The notes under the pieces were generated by a model. That model saw only the letters and a program-made list of their open reading frames with translations. It was not told the DNA's origin and searched no databases. Below are positions 1 through 11,183 of a DNA stretch of 64,000 bases, piece by piece. The number at the start of each line of letters is the position of its first letter. The first letter of the stretch is position 1. Made by a program: the position numbers and the translations under genes. Source of the DNA: Methyloligellaceae bacterium (lineage in GTDB: Bacteria > Pseudomonadota > Alphaproteobacteria > Rhizobiales > CBDHHC01); assembly GCA_050633205.1 (NCBI GenBank), contig JBOEGA010000019.1, forward strand, positions 5,711-69,710. Direction: 5' to 3'.

Positions 1-105
1 AGACAAAAAGAAGGTGTAAAGCGCCAGAGTATTTCGGCTCAGGTTGCAAGATCGCCTAAAGACGCAATTGAAATCAGAACGGTTGAGCCTGGTGCCGGGC
101 TTTAA
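1..105 (+). CDS. nuoJ: NADH-quinone oxidoreductase subunit J, 3' end only (partial)
   Basis: Frame 1 reads RQKEGVKRQSISAQVARSPKDAIEIRTVEPGAGL*, like the alphaproteobacterial NuoJ C-terminus; directly upstream of nuoK. Confidence 0.85.
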   Translation, partial: RQKEGVKRQSISAQVARSPKDAIEIRTVEPGAGL

Positions 106-138
106 GAATGAACAACGCAAAGTTACAGGACGAGATTG

Positions 139-447
139 ATGGAAATCGGTTTGTCACATTACCTAACTCTGGCAGCAATGCTTTTTACACTCGGGGTCTT
201 TGGAATATTCCTCAATCGTAAAAATGTCATTGTTATTTTGATGTCGATCGAGCTGATATTGCTTGCTGTTAATATCAACCTTGTCGCGTTCTCATATTTT
301 CAGGGCAATCTTATCGGTCAGATTTTTGCGTTGATGATTTTAACAATAGCAGCTGCCGAGGCGGCTGTCGGACTGGCTATCGTGGTTGTCTATTACAGGA
401 ATCGCGGCAGTATTGCAGTCGAAGATATTAACGCTATGAAGGGCTGA
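139..447 (+). CDS. nuoK: NADH-quinone oxidoreductase subunit K
   Basis: MEIGLSHYL...[19 protein letters not shown]...[11 protein letters not shown]; operon order. Confidence 0.97.
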   Translation: MEIGLSHYLTLAAMLFTLGVFGIFLNRKNVIVILMSIELILLAVNINLVAFSYFQGNLIGQIFALMILTIAAAEAAVGLAIVVVYYRNRGSIAVEDINAMKG

Positions 448-468
448 TTGCACAAGGGGGCAGTACAA

Positions 469-2418
469 ATGTCAATATATACAGCGATCGTCTTCCTGCC
501 CCTTCTGGGTAGTCTCATTGCCGGTTTTCTGGGCCGGGCAATGGAGGCGAGAACAAGCGAAATTGTTACAAGTATCCTGCTGTTTATCGCCGCTATGCTG
601 TCCTGGGTTGTCTTTATCAAGGTTGGTATGGGCCATGAAAAGGTACAGACTGTTGTTCTTCTGAAATGGATTGCATCCGGACAGCTTGATGTAAGCTGGT
701 CTATTAAGGTTGATACGCTTACAGCAGTAATGCTGGTTGTTGTGAACACGGTCTCGTGTCTCGTGCATATCTATTCCATCGGATATATGCATCACGATCC
801 ACACCGTCCACGTTTTTTTGCCTATCTGTCATTCTTCACATTCGCCATGCTGATGCTGGTAACAGCTGACAACTTCCTTCAGATGTTCTTTGGCTGGGAA
901 GGTGTTGGACTGGCATCCTATCTGTTGATCGGTTTCTGGTATAAAAAGCCGTCGGCAAATTCTGCTGCCATGAAGGCATTTATCGTAAACAGGGTAGGGG
1001 ACTTCGGTTTTGCCCTTGGTATTTTCGGTGTGTTTGCGGTGTTTAACAGTATCAGTTTCGATACTGTGTTTGCTGCTGCTCCAGCTAAAGCTGATGAGGT
1101 TATTTCTTTCCTTGGATATGAACTCAATGCAATGACGGTTATCTGTCTGCTTCTGTTTATGGGAGCGATGGGCAAATCTGCACAGTTCCTGTTGCACACA
1201 TGGCTACCAGATGCAATGGAAGGCCCGACGCCTGTATCCGCCCTTATTCATGCCGCAACAATGGTAACGGCTGGCGTATTTATGGTTGCCCGTCTTTCTC
1301 CACTGTTTGAATATTCGCAGACTGCGTTATATGTGGTGACATTCGTAGGCGCGACCACAGCATTTTTTGCAGCCACAATCGGGTTGGTCCAGAATGATAT
1401 AAAACGTGTGATTGCCTATTCAACATGTTCGCAGCTGGGTTACATGTTTGTTGCCCTTGGTGTCGGAGCCTATGGGGCTGCGATTTTCCACCTGTTCACA
1501 CACGCATTCTTTAAAGCATTGCTGTTTCTCGGAGCTGGTTCGGTTATTCATGCAATGTCTGATGAGCAGAATATCAAGAAAATGGGTGGTTTGCGTAAGG
1601 TCATTCCAGTTACTTGGATTATGATGATGATTGGTACTATTGCTTTGACAGGCTTTCCGTTTACAGCAGGATATTTCTCGAAAGATGCAATTATAGAGTC
1701 AGCATATGCTGCGCATTCAGATATCGGAATGTACGGATTTTATCTGACTGTTATTGCTGCATTTATGACTTCGTTCTACTCATGGCGCCTGATGTTCCTG
1801 ACATTCCATGGCCAGTCCCGCGCTAATCCTGAAACCTGGGAAAAAGCACATGAATCTCCATGGGTAATGCTTGGACCACTTGTTATTCTGGCTATCGGGT
1901 CATTACTGGCAGGTTATGTCTTTTATGAATATTTTATCGGACATGATCAGAAGCATTTCTGGGCAGGATCAATTTATACGCTTGAGAGTAACAAGATACT
2001 TGAGCATATTCACCATGTACCGTCATGGGTGAAGTTCTCACCACTGGTTATGATGATCGCTGGATTTGTATGCGCCTATGTTATTTACCTGCTCATTCCG
2101 AAGACATCCAGTGTACTGGCTGTTGCGTTTAAACCGATATACCTGCTGTTCCTGAACAAATGGTATTTTGATGAAATATATGACTTCATTTTTGTCAGAC
2201 CAACCAAATGGCTGGGTGCTCAGCTCTGGAAATACGGTGATGGCATGATCATTGATGGTCTGGGGCCTGATGGGATAGCCAATCGAGTTAAAGCACTTAC
2301 TAACCGGGTTGTTAAACTGCAAAGTGGATTTGTCTATCACTATGCCTTTGCGATGTTGATTGGTGTGGCTGCTCTGGCGACCTACTTTATGATCGCGACT
2401 TCCGGGGGGACACAATAA
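469..2418 (+). CDS. nuoL: NADH-quinone oxidoreductase subunit L
   Basis: Motifs [48 protein letters not shown]; ATG at 469 after AAGGGGG preferred over TTG at 448. Confidence 0.97.
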   Translation: MSIYTAIVFLPLLGSLIAGFLGRAMEARTSEIVTSILLFIAAMLSWVVFIKVGMGHEKVQTVVLLKWIASGQLDVSWSIKVDTLTAVMLVVVNTVSCLVHIYSIGYMHHDPHRPRFFAYLSFFTFAMLMLVTADNFLQMFFGWEGVGLASYLLIGFWYKKPSANSAAMKAFIVNRVGDFGFALGIFGVFAVFNSISFDTVFAAAPAKADEVISFLGYELNAMTVICLLLFMGAMGKSAQFLLHTWLPDAMEGPTPVSALIHAATMVTAGVFMVARLSPLFEYSQTALYVVTFVGATTAFFAATIGLVQNDIKRVIAYSTCSQLGYMFVALGVGAYGAAIFHLFTHAFFKALLFLGAGSVIHAMSDEQNIKKMGGLRKVIPVTWIMMMIGTIALTGFPFTAGYFSKDAIIESAYAAHSDIGMYGFYLTVIAAFMTSFYSWRLMFLTFHGQSRANPETWEKAHESPWVMLGPLVILAIGSLLAGYVFYEYFIGHDQKHFWAGSIYTLESNKILEHIHHVPSWVKFSPLVMMIAGFVCAYVIYLLIPKTSSVLAVAFKPIYLLFLNKWYFDEIYDFIFVRPTKWLGAQLWKYGDGMIIDGLGPDGIANRVKALTNRVVKLQSGFVYHYAFAMLIGVAALATYFMIATSGGTQ

Positions 2419-4040
2419 TGGATTGGCCAATTCTAACGGCGATAACATTTCTGCCTCTGTTAGGAGCAGTTTTCATTCTGGCAATCAGCTCTAATGATGA
2501 GATTGCCTCCAGAAATGCTAAATTTGTAGCCCTATGGACGACTGCATTTACATTTTTAGTGTCTCTGCTGATCTGGTACCACTTCGACCCTGCAAAATCT
2601 GATTTTCAGTTTGTGGAAAAATATGACTGGCTGGTTATAGATAAAACTGCGGCCACTAAGGCAGCAGAAACAGCAACAGATGCAGCGCCTGTTGTAGCTA
2701 AAAAAGGGACCGGTGCTATCAGCTACCATATGGGTGTTGATGGTATTTCAATGTTGTTTGTTATCCTGACAACATTCCTTATGCCATTGTGCATTCTGGC
2801 CAGCTGGGATTCGATCAAGACGCGCGTGAAGGAATATATGATTGCCTTCCTCGTTCTTGAAACATTGATGATCGGCGTCTTCTGTTCACTGGACCTGCTG
2901 CTGTTTTATATATTCTTTGAAGGCGGATTGATCCCGATGTTCCTTATTATCGGGGTCTGGGGAGGCAAGCGCAGGATTTACGCCAGCTACAAGTTTTTCC
3001 TGTATACGCTCCTTGGTTCTGTCCTGATGTTACTGGCACTTATGGCTATGTACTGGAGTGCAGGAACCACTGACATTACAGTGTTGCTTAATCATAAATT
3101 CTCATCTGAGGCCCATACGTTCCTGGGATATACAATTCCTGGTGGTATGCAGACATGGCTATGGCTGGCATTTTTTGCATCCTTTGCAGTCAAGATGCCT
3201 ATGTGGCCCGTCCATACGTGGTTACCGGATGCCCATGTTGAAGCACCGACTGCAGGTTCAGTTATCCTTGCCGGAATATTGCTGAAAATGGGTGGTTACG
3301 GTTTCCTCCGATTTTCAATACCAATGTTTCCGGTTGCTTCGGGGCTGATGGCTAACTTTGTATTTACTTTGAGTGTTATTGCAGTGGTTTATGCCTCGCT
3401 GGTCGCACTTGCCCAGAAGGATATGAAAAAGCTGATTGCTTATTCTTCAGTGGCTCATATGGGATTTGTAACACTCGGATTATTTACGTTTACTGCACAG
3501 GGCATTCAGGGGGGCATCTTCCAGATGTTGTCTCATGGTATTGTTTCTGCTGCCTTATTCCTTTGTGTTGGTGTTATTTATGACCGTACACATACCAGAG
3601 AAATTGATGCCTATGGTGGTCTGGTGAACAGAATGCCAATTTATGCGTTCTGCTTTCTGGTATTTACAATGGCAAATGTTGGTTTGCCTGGTACAAGTGG
3701 TTTTGTTGGTGAATTCCTGACATTGCTTGGTGCATTCAAAGTGAATACCTGGGCGGCTTTCTTTGCAACAACAGGAGTTGTGCTGTCTGCTGCTTATGCT
3801 CTCTGGCTTTATCGGCGGGTAGTATTTGGTGAGTTGAAAAAAGCCAAGCTGCAAAATCTTAAGGATATGAACCGACGGGAAATTGGTATTCTTGCACCGC
3901 TGGTGATATTGACAATACTGTTTGGCATTTATCCTTCATTATTGCTGGATGTGACAACTGCGTCAGTAGATAATCTGATTTCTAATTTTAAAGAAGTGAC
4001 CGCAGCAGCTGGCAATGTGCCTGTTGTTGCAGTGAAATAG
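2418..4040 (+). CDS. nuoM: NADH-quinone oxidoreductase subunit M
   Basis: [41 protein letters not shown]; TAATG coupling to nuoL. Confidence 0.97.
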   Translation: MDWPILTAITFLPLLGAVFILAISSNDEIASRNAKFVALWTTAFTFLVSLLIWYHFDPAKSDFQFVEKYDWLVIDKTAATKAAETATDAAPVVAKKGTGAISYHMGVDGISMLFVILTTFLMPLCILASWDSIKTRVKEYMIAFLVLETLMIGVFCSLDLLLFYIFFEGGLIPMFLIIGVWGGKRRIYASYKFFLYTLLGSVLMLLALMAMYWSAGTTDITVLLNHKFSSEAHTFLGYTIPGGMQTWLWLAFFASFAVKMPMWPVHTWLPDAHVEAPTAGSVILAGILLKMGGYGFLRFSIPMFPVASGLMANFVFTLSVIAVVYASLVALAQKDMKKLIAYSSVAHMGFVTLGLFTFTAQGIQGGIFQMLSHGIVSAALFLCVGVIYDRTHTREIDAYGGLVNRMPIYAFCFLVFTMANVGLPGTSGFVGEFLTLLGAFKVNTWAAFFATTGVVLSAAYALWLYRRVVFGELKKAKLQNLKDMNRREIGILAPLVILTILFGIYPSLLLDVTTASVDNLISNFKEVTAAAGNVPVVAVK

Positions 4041-4064
4041 AGATGCTCCAAAGGATCTAGACTG

Positions 4065-5537
4065 ATGGAAAATTTAAATGCGATCCTGACTACATATGCT
4101 CCACTTGCGCCGGAGTTTATCGTCACTATTGGAGCACTGACCCTGCTTGTCTTTGGAGCATTCAGAGAGCGTTCCGGTGAGTTTATCTGCTGGATTGCAA
4201 TGATGGTTATGGCAGGTGCCTGCTTTGCGCTGATTACAGGTTTTGGGGCTGAAGTTAAAGAACCACTCTTTAGTAAGGCGTTGGTGGTTAATGAATTTAC
4301 TTCGGCCATGAAGTTATTCATTCTTATTGGTTCTATAGTCTCAATACTACTGTCACTGCATTATATGAAAGCAGCCAGACTATTGCAGCCTGAACTGCCT
4401 GTGCTTATCCTGTTTGCCACACTTGGCATGATGCTGATGGTTTCTGCAAATGACCTGATTTCACTCTATATGGGTCTGGAGCTGCAAAGTCTGGCTCTAT
4501 ATGTGCTTGCTGCAATCAGACGTGATGCTGTGCGTTCCAGTGAAGCCGGTCTTAAATATTTTGTGCTTGGTGCCTTGTCTTCAGGTCTTCTGCTCTATGG
4601 TGCTTCATTTATCTATGGGGTTACACAAACAACCAATTTTGCAGAAATTAATGCGGCTCTACATGTCATTCAGCAGCAGGGCGTGGAAAGTGTTAAAATT
4701 CAGCTTATATTTGGTCTCGTATTCCTGCTGGCCGGCCTTGCATTTAAAATATCAGCTGTTCCATTCCATATGTGGACGCCAGATGTATATGAAGGATCCC
4801 CAACACCAATAACTGCTTTCTTTGCCTCTGCTCCTAAAATTGCAGCTATGGCACTTCTGGTCAGAACAATGATGGTGGCATTTCCAAGTGCAACACAGCA
4901 TTGGCAACAGATTATTATTTTCCTATCTATTGCCTCTATGGCCTTCGGAGCGTTTGCTGCAATCGGGCAGAATAATATCAAACGTCTGATGGCATACAGT
5001 TCTATTGGACATATGGGGTATGCTCTCGTTGGACTGGCTCCAAGCAGCAGTGAGGGGATTGGTGCTGTTATTCTCTATATGGGAATTTACCTTATCACTT
5101 CCCTCGGGGTCTTCGCCTGTATTTTAGGGATGAGACGTTCTGAGGGAATGGTTGAAAGTATTGATGAGCTTTCAGGGTTGGCGCGGAATAACCTGCCCAT
5201 GGCATTTATTCTGGCAATGTTATTATTATCGCTGGCGGGCATTCCTCCAATGGCAGGCTTTATCGCCAAATTCTTTGTATTCTCGGCAGCCGTAAAGAAT
5301 GAGCTTTACCTTCTTGCTGTTATTGGCGTGCTATCAAGTGTTGTTGCTGCATATTATTATCTACGCATCATTATCATTATGTTCGTACAGGACCCTGTTG
5401 AGAAGTTTGAACCGCTGCCAGGTTCGATAAAATTTGTAGCAGGATTGTCAGGGTTGTTTGTACTATGCTATATAGCTTACCCCGCTCCATTCGTTAGCTT
5501 TGCGACTGAAACAGCAGCTAAACTTGCATCAGGATGA
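4065..5537 (+). CDS. nuoN: NADH-quinone oxidoreductase subunit N
   Basis: SSEAGLKYFVLG, FKISAVPFHMWTPDVYEG, KRLMAYSSIGHMG. Confidence 0.97.
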   Translation: MENLNAILTTYAPLAPEFIVTIGALTLLVFGAFRERSGEFICWIAMMVMAGACFALITGFGAEVKEPLFSKALVVNEFTSAMKLFILIGSIVSILLSLHYMKAARLLQPELPVLILFATLGMMLMVSANDLISLYMGLELQSLALYVLAAIRRDAVRSSEAGLKYFVLGALSSGLLLYGASFIYGVTQTTNFAEINAALHVIQQQGVESVKIQLIFGLVFLLAGLAFKISAVPFHMWTPDVYEGSPTPITAFFASAPKIAAMALLVRTMMVAFPSATQHWQQIIIFLSIASMAFGAFAAIGQNNIKRLMAYSSIGHMGYALVGLAPSSSEGIGAVILYMGIYLITSLGVFACILGMRRSEGMVESIDELSGLARNNLPMAFILAMLLLSLAGIPPMAGFIAKFFVFSAAVKNELYLLAVIGVLSSVVAAYYYLRIIIIMFVQDPVEKFEPLPGSIKFVAGLSGLFVLCYIAYPAPFVSFATETAAKLASG

Positions 5538-6328
5538 CTTCGATTACCGGTTTGAACAATCATATAACACGTTCCACTCATGGCATGCCTAATGGCTACA
5601 GCCTTCTAGCTTATGAAGAAATCGGTTCTACAAATACTGAAGCTATGAGCCTTGCCAGAGATAATAGTGAAGACCATCTCTGGTTATGGACGCTTAAACA
5701 GACACAGGGTAAAGGGCGGAATGGTAGAATCTGGGAATCCCGGCAGGGAAACCTTCATGCCAGCCTGATTCTACAACTTAACTGTGAAGTTAATACTGTT
5801 GCACAATTGTCTTTACTGGCAGGCGTAGCTGCGTATGATGCACTGGCTTTACTGTGTGACAGTTCAGTTGTTAATCAGATACGGTTAAAATGGCCGAATG
5901 ACTTACTGTTAGATGGTGCCAAAATCGGCGGAATTCTGCTGGAAAGCACTAAACAGGCTGATCAGAAAACTGTTTCGGTTGTTCTCGGGACAGGTATGAA
6001 TTTGGCCTATCATCCTGAATTAGATGATAAAAAAACAACAAACCTTTCAATGTATAAGCAGGAAATTGAGCCCAGACAGGCTTTGGAATCTTTAGCGAAA
6101 GCCACTGCTGACTGGTTAAAAATCTGGGATCTGGGCAAGAACTTTGATCAGATCAGAGAAGCCTGGACATTGAGAGGGCAGAAAATAGGATCACCAATAA
6201 AGGTGAATTCCGGTCGAGAGATTATCCATGGGCATTTTGCCGGTTTAAATGAAACCGGGGGAATGATTTTGCAATTATCAACCGGTGCATATAAAGATGT
6301 ACACTTTGGTGATGTGATTCTCGGATAA
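5534..6328 (+). CDS. birA: biotin--[acetyl-CoA-carboxylase] ligase
   Basis: STN, QTQGKGRNGRIW, LKWPNDL, KIGGIL motifs; conserved position after nuoN. Confidence 0.93.
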   Translation: MTSITGLNNHITRSTHGMPNGYSLLAYEEIGSTNTEAMSLARDNSEDHLWLWTLKQTQGKGRNGRIWESRQGNLHASLILQLNCEVNTVAQLSLLAGVAAYDALALLCDSSVVNQIRLKWPNDLLLDGAKIGGILLESTKQADQKTVSVVLGTGMNLAYHPELDDKKTTNLSMYKQEIEPRQALESLAKATADWLKIWDLGKNFDQIREAWTLRGQKIGSPIKVNSGREIIHGHFAGLNETGGMILQLSTGAYKDVHFGDVILG

Positions 6329-6381
6329 ATACTCTGGTATTCATTAGCTAACCGGAAATAAAAGAAAAAGGTACAATAAGA

Positions 6382-8067
6382 ATGAGTGGGCATAAAAAAG
6401 ACGATAAAAGCCCTGAGCTCGTGTTTTTGCCACTAGGTGGTGTTGGTGAAATCGGTATGAACCTGTATGCATATGGGTTCGGTTCAGAATATAATCGCCA
6501 GTGGCTGGTCGTTGATCTAGGAATATCTTTCCCATCCGACCTGGAACCCGGTGTTGATGTTATTCTTCCAGATACGAAATTTCTGGAAGATGAAATCGAT
6601 AATATTGCAGGTATAATAATTACTCATGCACATGAAGATCATTATGGTGCGATAGGTGATTTGTGGCCGCGGCTGGAAGCACCGATATATGCGACGCCAT
6701 TTACATGTGGTCTACTGAAGGCAAAACTTCAGGAGTATGATGTGATTGATGACATCGACCTGCACGAAGTAAAACCCAAATCACGTTTTGATGTAGGCCC
6801 TTTCAACATTGAACTTGTGAATATGGCTCACTCTATCCCAGAAGCAAATGGTCTGGTTATTCGCACAGAAGCTGGAACTGTTTTTCATTCAGGTGACTGG
6901 AAGCTCGATGATAATCCCGGCACAGGTAACCTGACAGATGAAAAGCGCCTTAAAGAACTCGGTGATGAAGGTATAGATTTTCTTGTTTGTGACTCAACCA
7001 ATGCGTTGAGCGAAGGCCGTTCAGGTTCTGAAGCAGAAGTTGAAGAAGCGCTGAAAGAGATATTCCTTAAAGCGGAAAACCGTATAGCTGTGACGACTTT
7101 TGCTTCAAATGTTGCTCGGTTAAAAACAGTAGCGGATGCAGCAAAAGCTGCTGACAGGCACATCTGTGTCGTTGGCCGTGCCATGCAGCGCACTATTCAG
7201 GTTGCAAAAGAAACAGGCTACCTGGATGAAAAGATGGAATTTCTCAGTGAAGAAGATTTTGGATATTTTCCTCGCAATAAGGTTGTCGCCCTTTGCACTG
7301 GCAGTCAGGGTGAAAATCGCGCTGCTATGGCCAGAATTGCAAATGACCAACACCCGCAAATCACTTTAAGTCAGGGGGATCTCGTCGTTTATTCATCGAA
7401 GACAATTCCGGGTAATGAAGTTTTTGTTTCCAGAGTCCATAATAGTCTTGCCGCTCAGGGTGTTGATATTATTACTGATAGTGAGGCTCGTGTTCATGTG
7501 TCAGGGCACCCGCGTAAAGATGAATTGAAATGCCTGTACGAATGGCTGCGCCCAAAAGGGATGGCGCCAATGCATGGTGAGGAGCGTCATATACAGGCGC
7601 ATGAAAAATTTGCACGTTCTCTAGGTATCACAAATACTGTTATTGCACGAAACGGAGAAATGGCGCGATTACTTCCAGGTAAAGCTGAGGTTATAGATGA
7701 TGCGCCGTCAGGTCGCCTGTTCCGGGACGGGGATCTAATTATCACTGAAGAAGATCCGAGTATCCGTGAAAGAAGAAAACTGTCATATACAGGAGTGGTT
7801 GCCGTTTCTATCGTTCTTGGGCGAAATGGTGATATTATTGCAGACCCTGATTTGGTTACAGTTGGATTACCTCTCGAAGATGATGAGGGCGTGCCGATGG
7901 AAGAGCTTCTGATAGAAGAAGTTCTTGGAGTCTTAAAGAGCATTCCTCGTGCAAGGCGCAAGGATTTTGATCTTGTTGCAGAAGCTTCCAGGCGAGGTGT
8001 TCGTGGAGCCGTCAATCGTATCTGGGGTAAGAAACCCGTCTGTGAAGTCATGGTGGCAGTGATTTAG
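6382..8067 (+). CDS. rnj: ribonuclease J
   Basis: PLGGVGEIGMN, THAHEDHYG, HSIP, GDWK, TGSQGE, HVSGH metallo-beta-lactamase/beta-CASP motifs. Confidence 0.95.
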   Translation: MSGHKKDDKSPELVFLPLGGVGEIGMNLYAYGFGSEYNRQWLVVDLGISFPSDLEPGVDVILPDTKFLEDEIDNIAGIIITHAHEDHYGAIGDLWPRLEAPIYATPFTCGLLKAKLQEYDVIDDIDLHEVKPKSRFDVGPFNIELVNMAHSIPEANGLVIRTEAGTVFHSGDWKLDDNPGTGNLTDEKRLKELGDEGIDFLVCDSTNALSEGRSGSEAEVEEALKEIFLKAENRIAVTTFASNVARLKTVADAAKAADRHICVVGRAMQRTIQVAKETGYLDEKMEFLSEEDFGYFPRNKVVALCTGSQGENRAAMARIANDQHPQITLSQGDLVVYSSKTIPGNEVFVSRVHNSLAAQGVDIITDSEARVHVSGHPRKDELKCLYEWLRPKGMAPMHGEERHIQAHEKFARSLGITNTVIARNGEMARLLPGKAEVIDDAPSGRLFRDGDLIITEEDPSIRERRKLSYTGVVAVSIVLGRNGDIIADPDLVTVGLPLEDDEGVPMEELLIEEVLGVLKSIPRARRKDFDLVAEASRRGVRGAVNRIWGKKPVCEVMVAVI

Positions 8068-8093
8068 AATATTCCAAATCACTGCTTCTGTTT

Positions 8094-11000
8094 TTACTGA
8101 GGGACAGCTTCCTGAAGCTCTTTCTCAATGCCTTTATCATCTGCATTTCTTGGGCGGAAAAAGCCTGCTACAAGCAGGTAAATTGCGGGGGTCAGGAATA
8201 GAGTAAATGTTGCTGCCAGTCCAAGCCCTCCGAACACAACCCAGCCAATAGCTGCACGGGATTCCGCTCCCGGTCCAGAGCCCAGGATCAGTGGAAGCCC
8301 TGCCAGAATGGTTGAAACCATAGTCATGACAATTGGCCGAACCCGGATAAGAGAAGCTTCTCTGACAGCTTCATAGACATTCTTGCCTTCTTCCCTCAAC
8401 TGGTCGGCAAACTCAACCATAAGAATACTGTTTTTGGCCATAATGCCTATAAGCATAAGAATGCCAATCTGGCTGTATACGTTAATTGTCGTACCTGTCA
8501 GAGTGAGTGCAAATATAGCTGCACAAATTCCAAATGGTACAATGAACATAACAATCAGGGCACTTACAATATTTTCAAATTGAGCGACCAGAACCAGGAA
8601 TATAACCAGAAATGCTATGGCAAAGGTCCAGTTCATATCTGAAGAAGTCTCTTCCAGGTCTGCTGCAGCACCAAGAAACTTAATGCCAACTCCAACGGGA
8701 AGCTCTTTATCCGCCAAGTTCCTTAAAGCTGCGATTGCCTGTTTGAGTGTATAACCCTCTGCCTGATCCATATGTATTTCAATGGCTCGCCGTTGTGCAT
8801 GACGGTCCAGTTCAGCTGCAACTGCATATTCACGGAAAGTAATCAGTTGTGATAGCGGAACAAGGCGGTCATTACTGGCTCGGACATACAGATTGGTAAG
8901 GTCTGATGGGCTTCTGATTGCACCACGGCCAGCTTCGACAATAATAGGAACTGTCTGATCATCGAATGTAAGTTCTGAGACTTCCTCATTGTCGACAAGA
9001 ACCTTGATTGTACTGGCCAGATTTTCAATAGATACGCCCAGGTCTGCAGCCCGTCGGCGGTTTATACTGATATCCACCTGAGGCTGGGTGGCACGGTATT
9101 CTATTCGGATATTGGTGACCTGAGGTGTATCCTGCTCCATCTTTCCGGCAAAAGCTTTAGATACAGTATCAAGCAGGTCATAATTGGGACCTGTAATAGC
9201 AAACCTTATTCCTCCATCCGCATTACGCAGGTTGAGGCTGTTGCCTTTACTTATACGGGCACGTGAACCAGGAATTGTCCCTAGTTTTCTGTTCAGCTGG
9301 TTTATAATTTCGGATTGACTAATATCCCGTTCTGACCAGTCAGAAAGTGGAGCTGAGATATATCCTCTGTTTGGGTCCCACCGTCCGGAAATAGATGAAA
9401 TATTTTTGATAACTCCACTATCTTTGTAGGGCTGCAGGAACTGTTCAACGGCTTCTACCTGTCTGTCTGCATAGTTTAGACCGGTTCCGTCCGGGCCGAC
9501 CAGTCTTACAGTTACCAGCCCCCGGTCCTCTTCGGGGACAAGCTCTTCTGCCAGGTTCTGATAGGAAAGATATGCACCAAAAACTACCAGGAGGCAGAAG
9601 CCAACAAAGATAAGAGGAAGTGCCAGAACCCGGTCAAGGAGAAAAGCATAAAGCCTGTTTGCTTCACTGCCAATCAGAGCGAAGGGATTTGATGGTGAAG
9701 GAGAAGCTTCCAGATCCTTCATTCTTGAAGCCATCATAGGGCAGATTGTGAGAGCTACAAAAGACGATATGCTAACTGTAACAGCCAGCACAAAACCAAA
9801 TTCGGTAAATAGTCTCCCTGCTGTTGTCGGTAAAAATGATATGGGAATAAACACTGAGATAAGCGTTATTGTGGTTGCTATCACTGCGAAAAAGACTTGC
9901 CGTGTTCCGATAATAGCAGCGGCTCTGGAAGCCATTCCCTGCATGCGCAGACGCTGTATATTCTCAAGTACTACGATGGCATCATCTACGACCAGCCCGG
10001 TGGCAAGTACCAGTGCGAGTAGTGTTATGAGGTTTATTGAAAATCCCAGCCCCCAAATTGCTGCCACCGTTCCAATGAGAGCAACAGGCATTGCAACAGC
10101 CGGTATCATGGCAACTCTGAGACTCCCGATAAATATTGCAATAACTGCAACAACTATCATGATGGCAATCATCATACTTAGGAGGACTTCCCGGATTGCT
10201 CCTTCAATAAACTGGGAGTCGTCTGATATTGTAACCAGCTTCACGTCTCTCAGCCTCGTGTTAAGGCGTTCAACAATCTTTTTTACTTCCTGTGATATGG
10301 CTACAGTATTTGATTGCGCGCGCCTCACAATATCGAGGTTAATGACAGTTCGGCCATTAAGACGTGTATAGTTTTCAGGATCTGCAGGAGTATAATATGC
10401 CTGGGCAACATCTCCGATCTTGATTGGGTTTTTTATAATGAGGTTTTCAATATCTTCAGGCTTATGAACAGAAGCATTAGCCCTGACCAGAACTTCCAGT
10501 TCCTGTGATTTGAAGCTGCCTGCCGGAACGTCGTAACGGGCGTTTTTCAGTACAGCGACTACATCGGAGACTGTAAGTTTGTACCCTGCCAGCTTGATTG
10601 GGTTTAAGGCAACTTTCAGTACTTTTTTCCGTGCACCGAAAATCTGCACATCAGCTACACCTGTAGCAGCGGTCAGTTCAGGAATGACCTGATCTTCAAC
10701 AATTTTTGTAACTTTATCAATTGAAAGAGTTTCACTGTATGCCGAAAGCTGAATTATTGCACGTGCATCATCATCAGCCTTGATGACTGTAATATTCTCG
10801 ACACCATCAGGGAGGTCACGAGCAACACGGCTAACAGCTTCGCGCACATCATTAGCTGCGTCAATCAAGTCAACGTTAGCATTGAATTCAATATGTACAC
10901 GCAGGTTATTCTCTTCACTGGATGATCTGACACTGCGTATGCCGTTAACTCTGGCTACGGCACCTTCTATGCGACTAGTAATCTCCGCGTCAATTGTCTC

Positions 11001-11183
11001 AGGTGAGCCACCCGGGTAGTTAGCGCGGACTGAGACGATAGGCCTGTCTATATTCGGGAGTTCCCTGACTTCAACTCCGAGGATAGCACTTACACCTGCA
11101 AGTATAATAAGAAGATTTACAACAATTATAAAGTAAGGGCGTCTGATACTTAATGCAGGAAGATCATTGGCATTAGGAACCAT
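8094..11183 (-). CDS. RND efflux transporter permease (AcrB/AcrD/AcrF family)
   Basis: 1029 aa, GLVVDDAIVVLENI, KNSILMVEFA, RVRPIVMT motifs. Confidence 0.93.
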   Translation of the reverse strand: MVPNANDLPALSIRRPYFIIVVNLLIILAGVSAILGVEVRELPNIDRPIVSVRANYPGGSPETIDAEITSRIEGAVARVNGIRSVRSSSEENNLRVHIEFNANVDLIDAANDVREAVSRVARDLPDGVENITVIKADDDARAIIQLSAYSETLSIDKVTKIVEDQVIPELTAATGVADVQIFGARKKVLKVALNPIKLAGYKLTVSDVVAVLKNARYDVPAGSFKSQELEVLVRANASVHKPEDIENLIIKNPIKIGDVAQAYYTPADPENYTRLNGRTVINLDIVRRAQSNTVAISQEVKKIVERLNTRLRDVKLVTISDDSQFIEGAIREVLLSMMIAIMIVVAVIAIFIGSLRVAMIPAVAMPVALIGTVAAIWGLGFSINLITLLALVLATGLVVDDAIVVLENIQRLRMQGMASRAAAIIGTRQVFFAVIATTITLISVFIPISFLPTTAGRLFTEFGFVLAVTVSISSFVALTICPMMASRMKDLEASPSPSNPFALIGSEANRLYAFLLDRVLALPLIFVGFCLLVVFGAYLSYQNLAEELVPEEDRGLVTVRLVGPDGTGLNYADRQVEAVEQFLQPYKDSGVIKNISSISGRWDPNRGYISAPLSDWSERDISQSEIINQLNRKLGTIPGSRARISKGNSLNLRNADGGIRFAITGPNYDLLDTVSKAFAGKMEQDTPQVTNIRIEYRATQPQVDISINRRRAADLGVSIENLASTIKVLVDNEEVSELTFDDQTVPIIVEAGRGAIRSPSDLTNLYVRASNDRLVPLSQLITFREYAVAAELDRHAQRRAIEIHMDQAEGYTLKQAIAALRNLADKELPVGVGIKFLGAAADLEETSSDMNWTFAIAFLVIFLVLVAQFENIVSALIVMFIVPFGICAAIFALTLTGTTINVYSQIGILMLIGIMAKNSILMVEFADQLREEGKNVYEAVREASLIRVRPIVMTMVSTILAGLPLILGSGPGAESRAAIGWVVFGGLGLAATFTLFLTPAIYLLVAGFFRPRNADDKGIEKELQEAVPQ

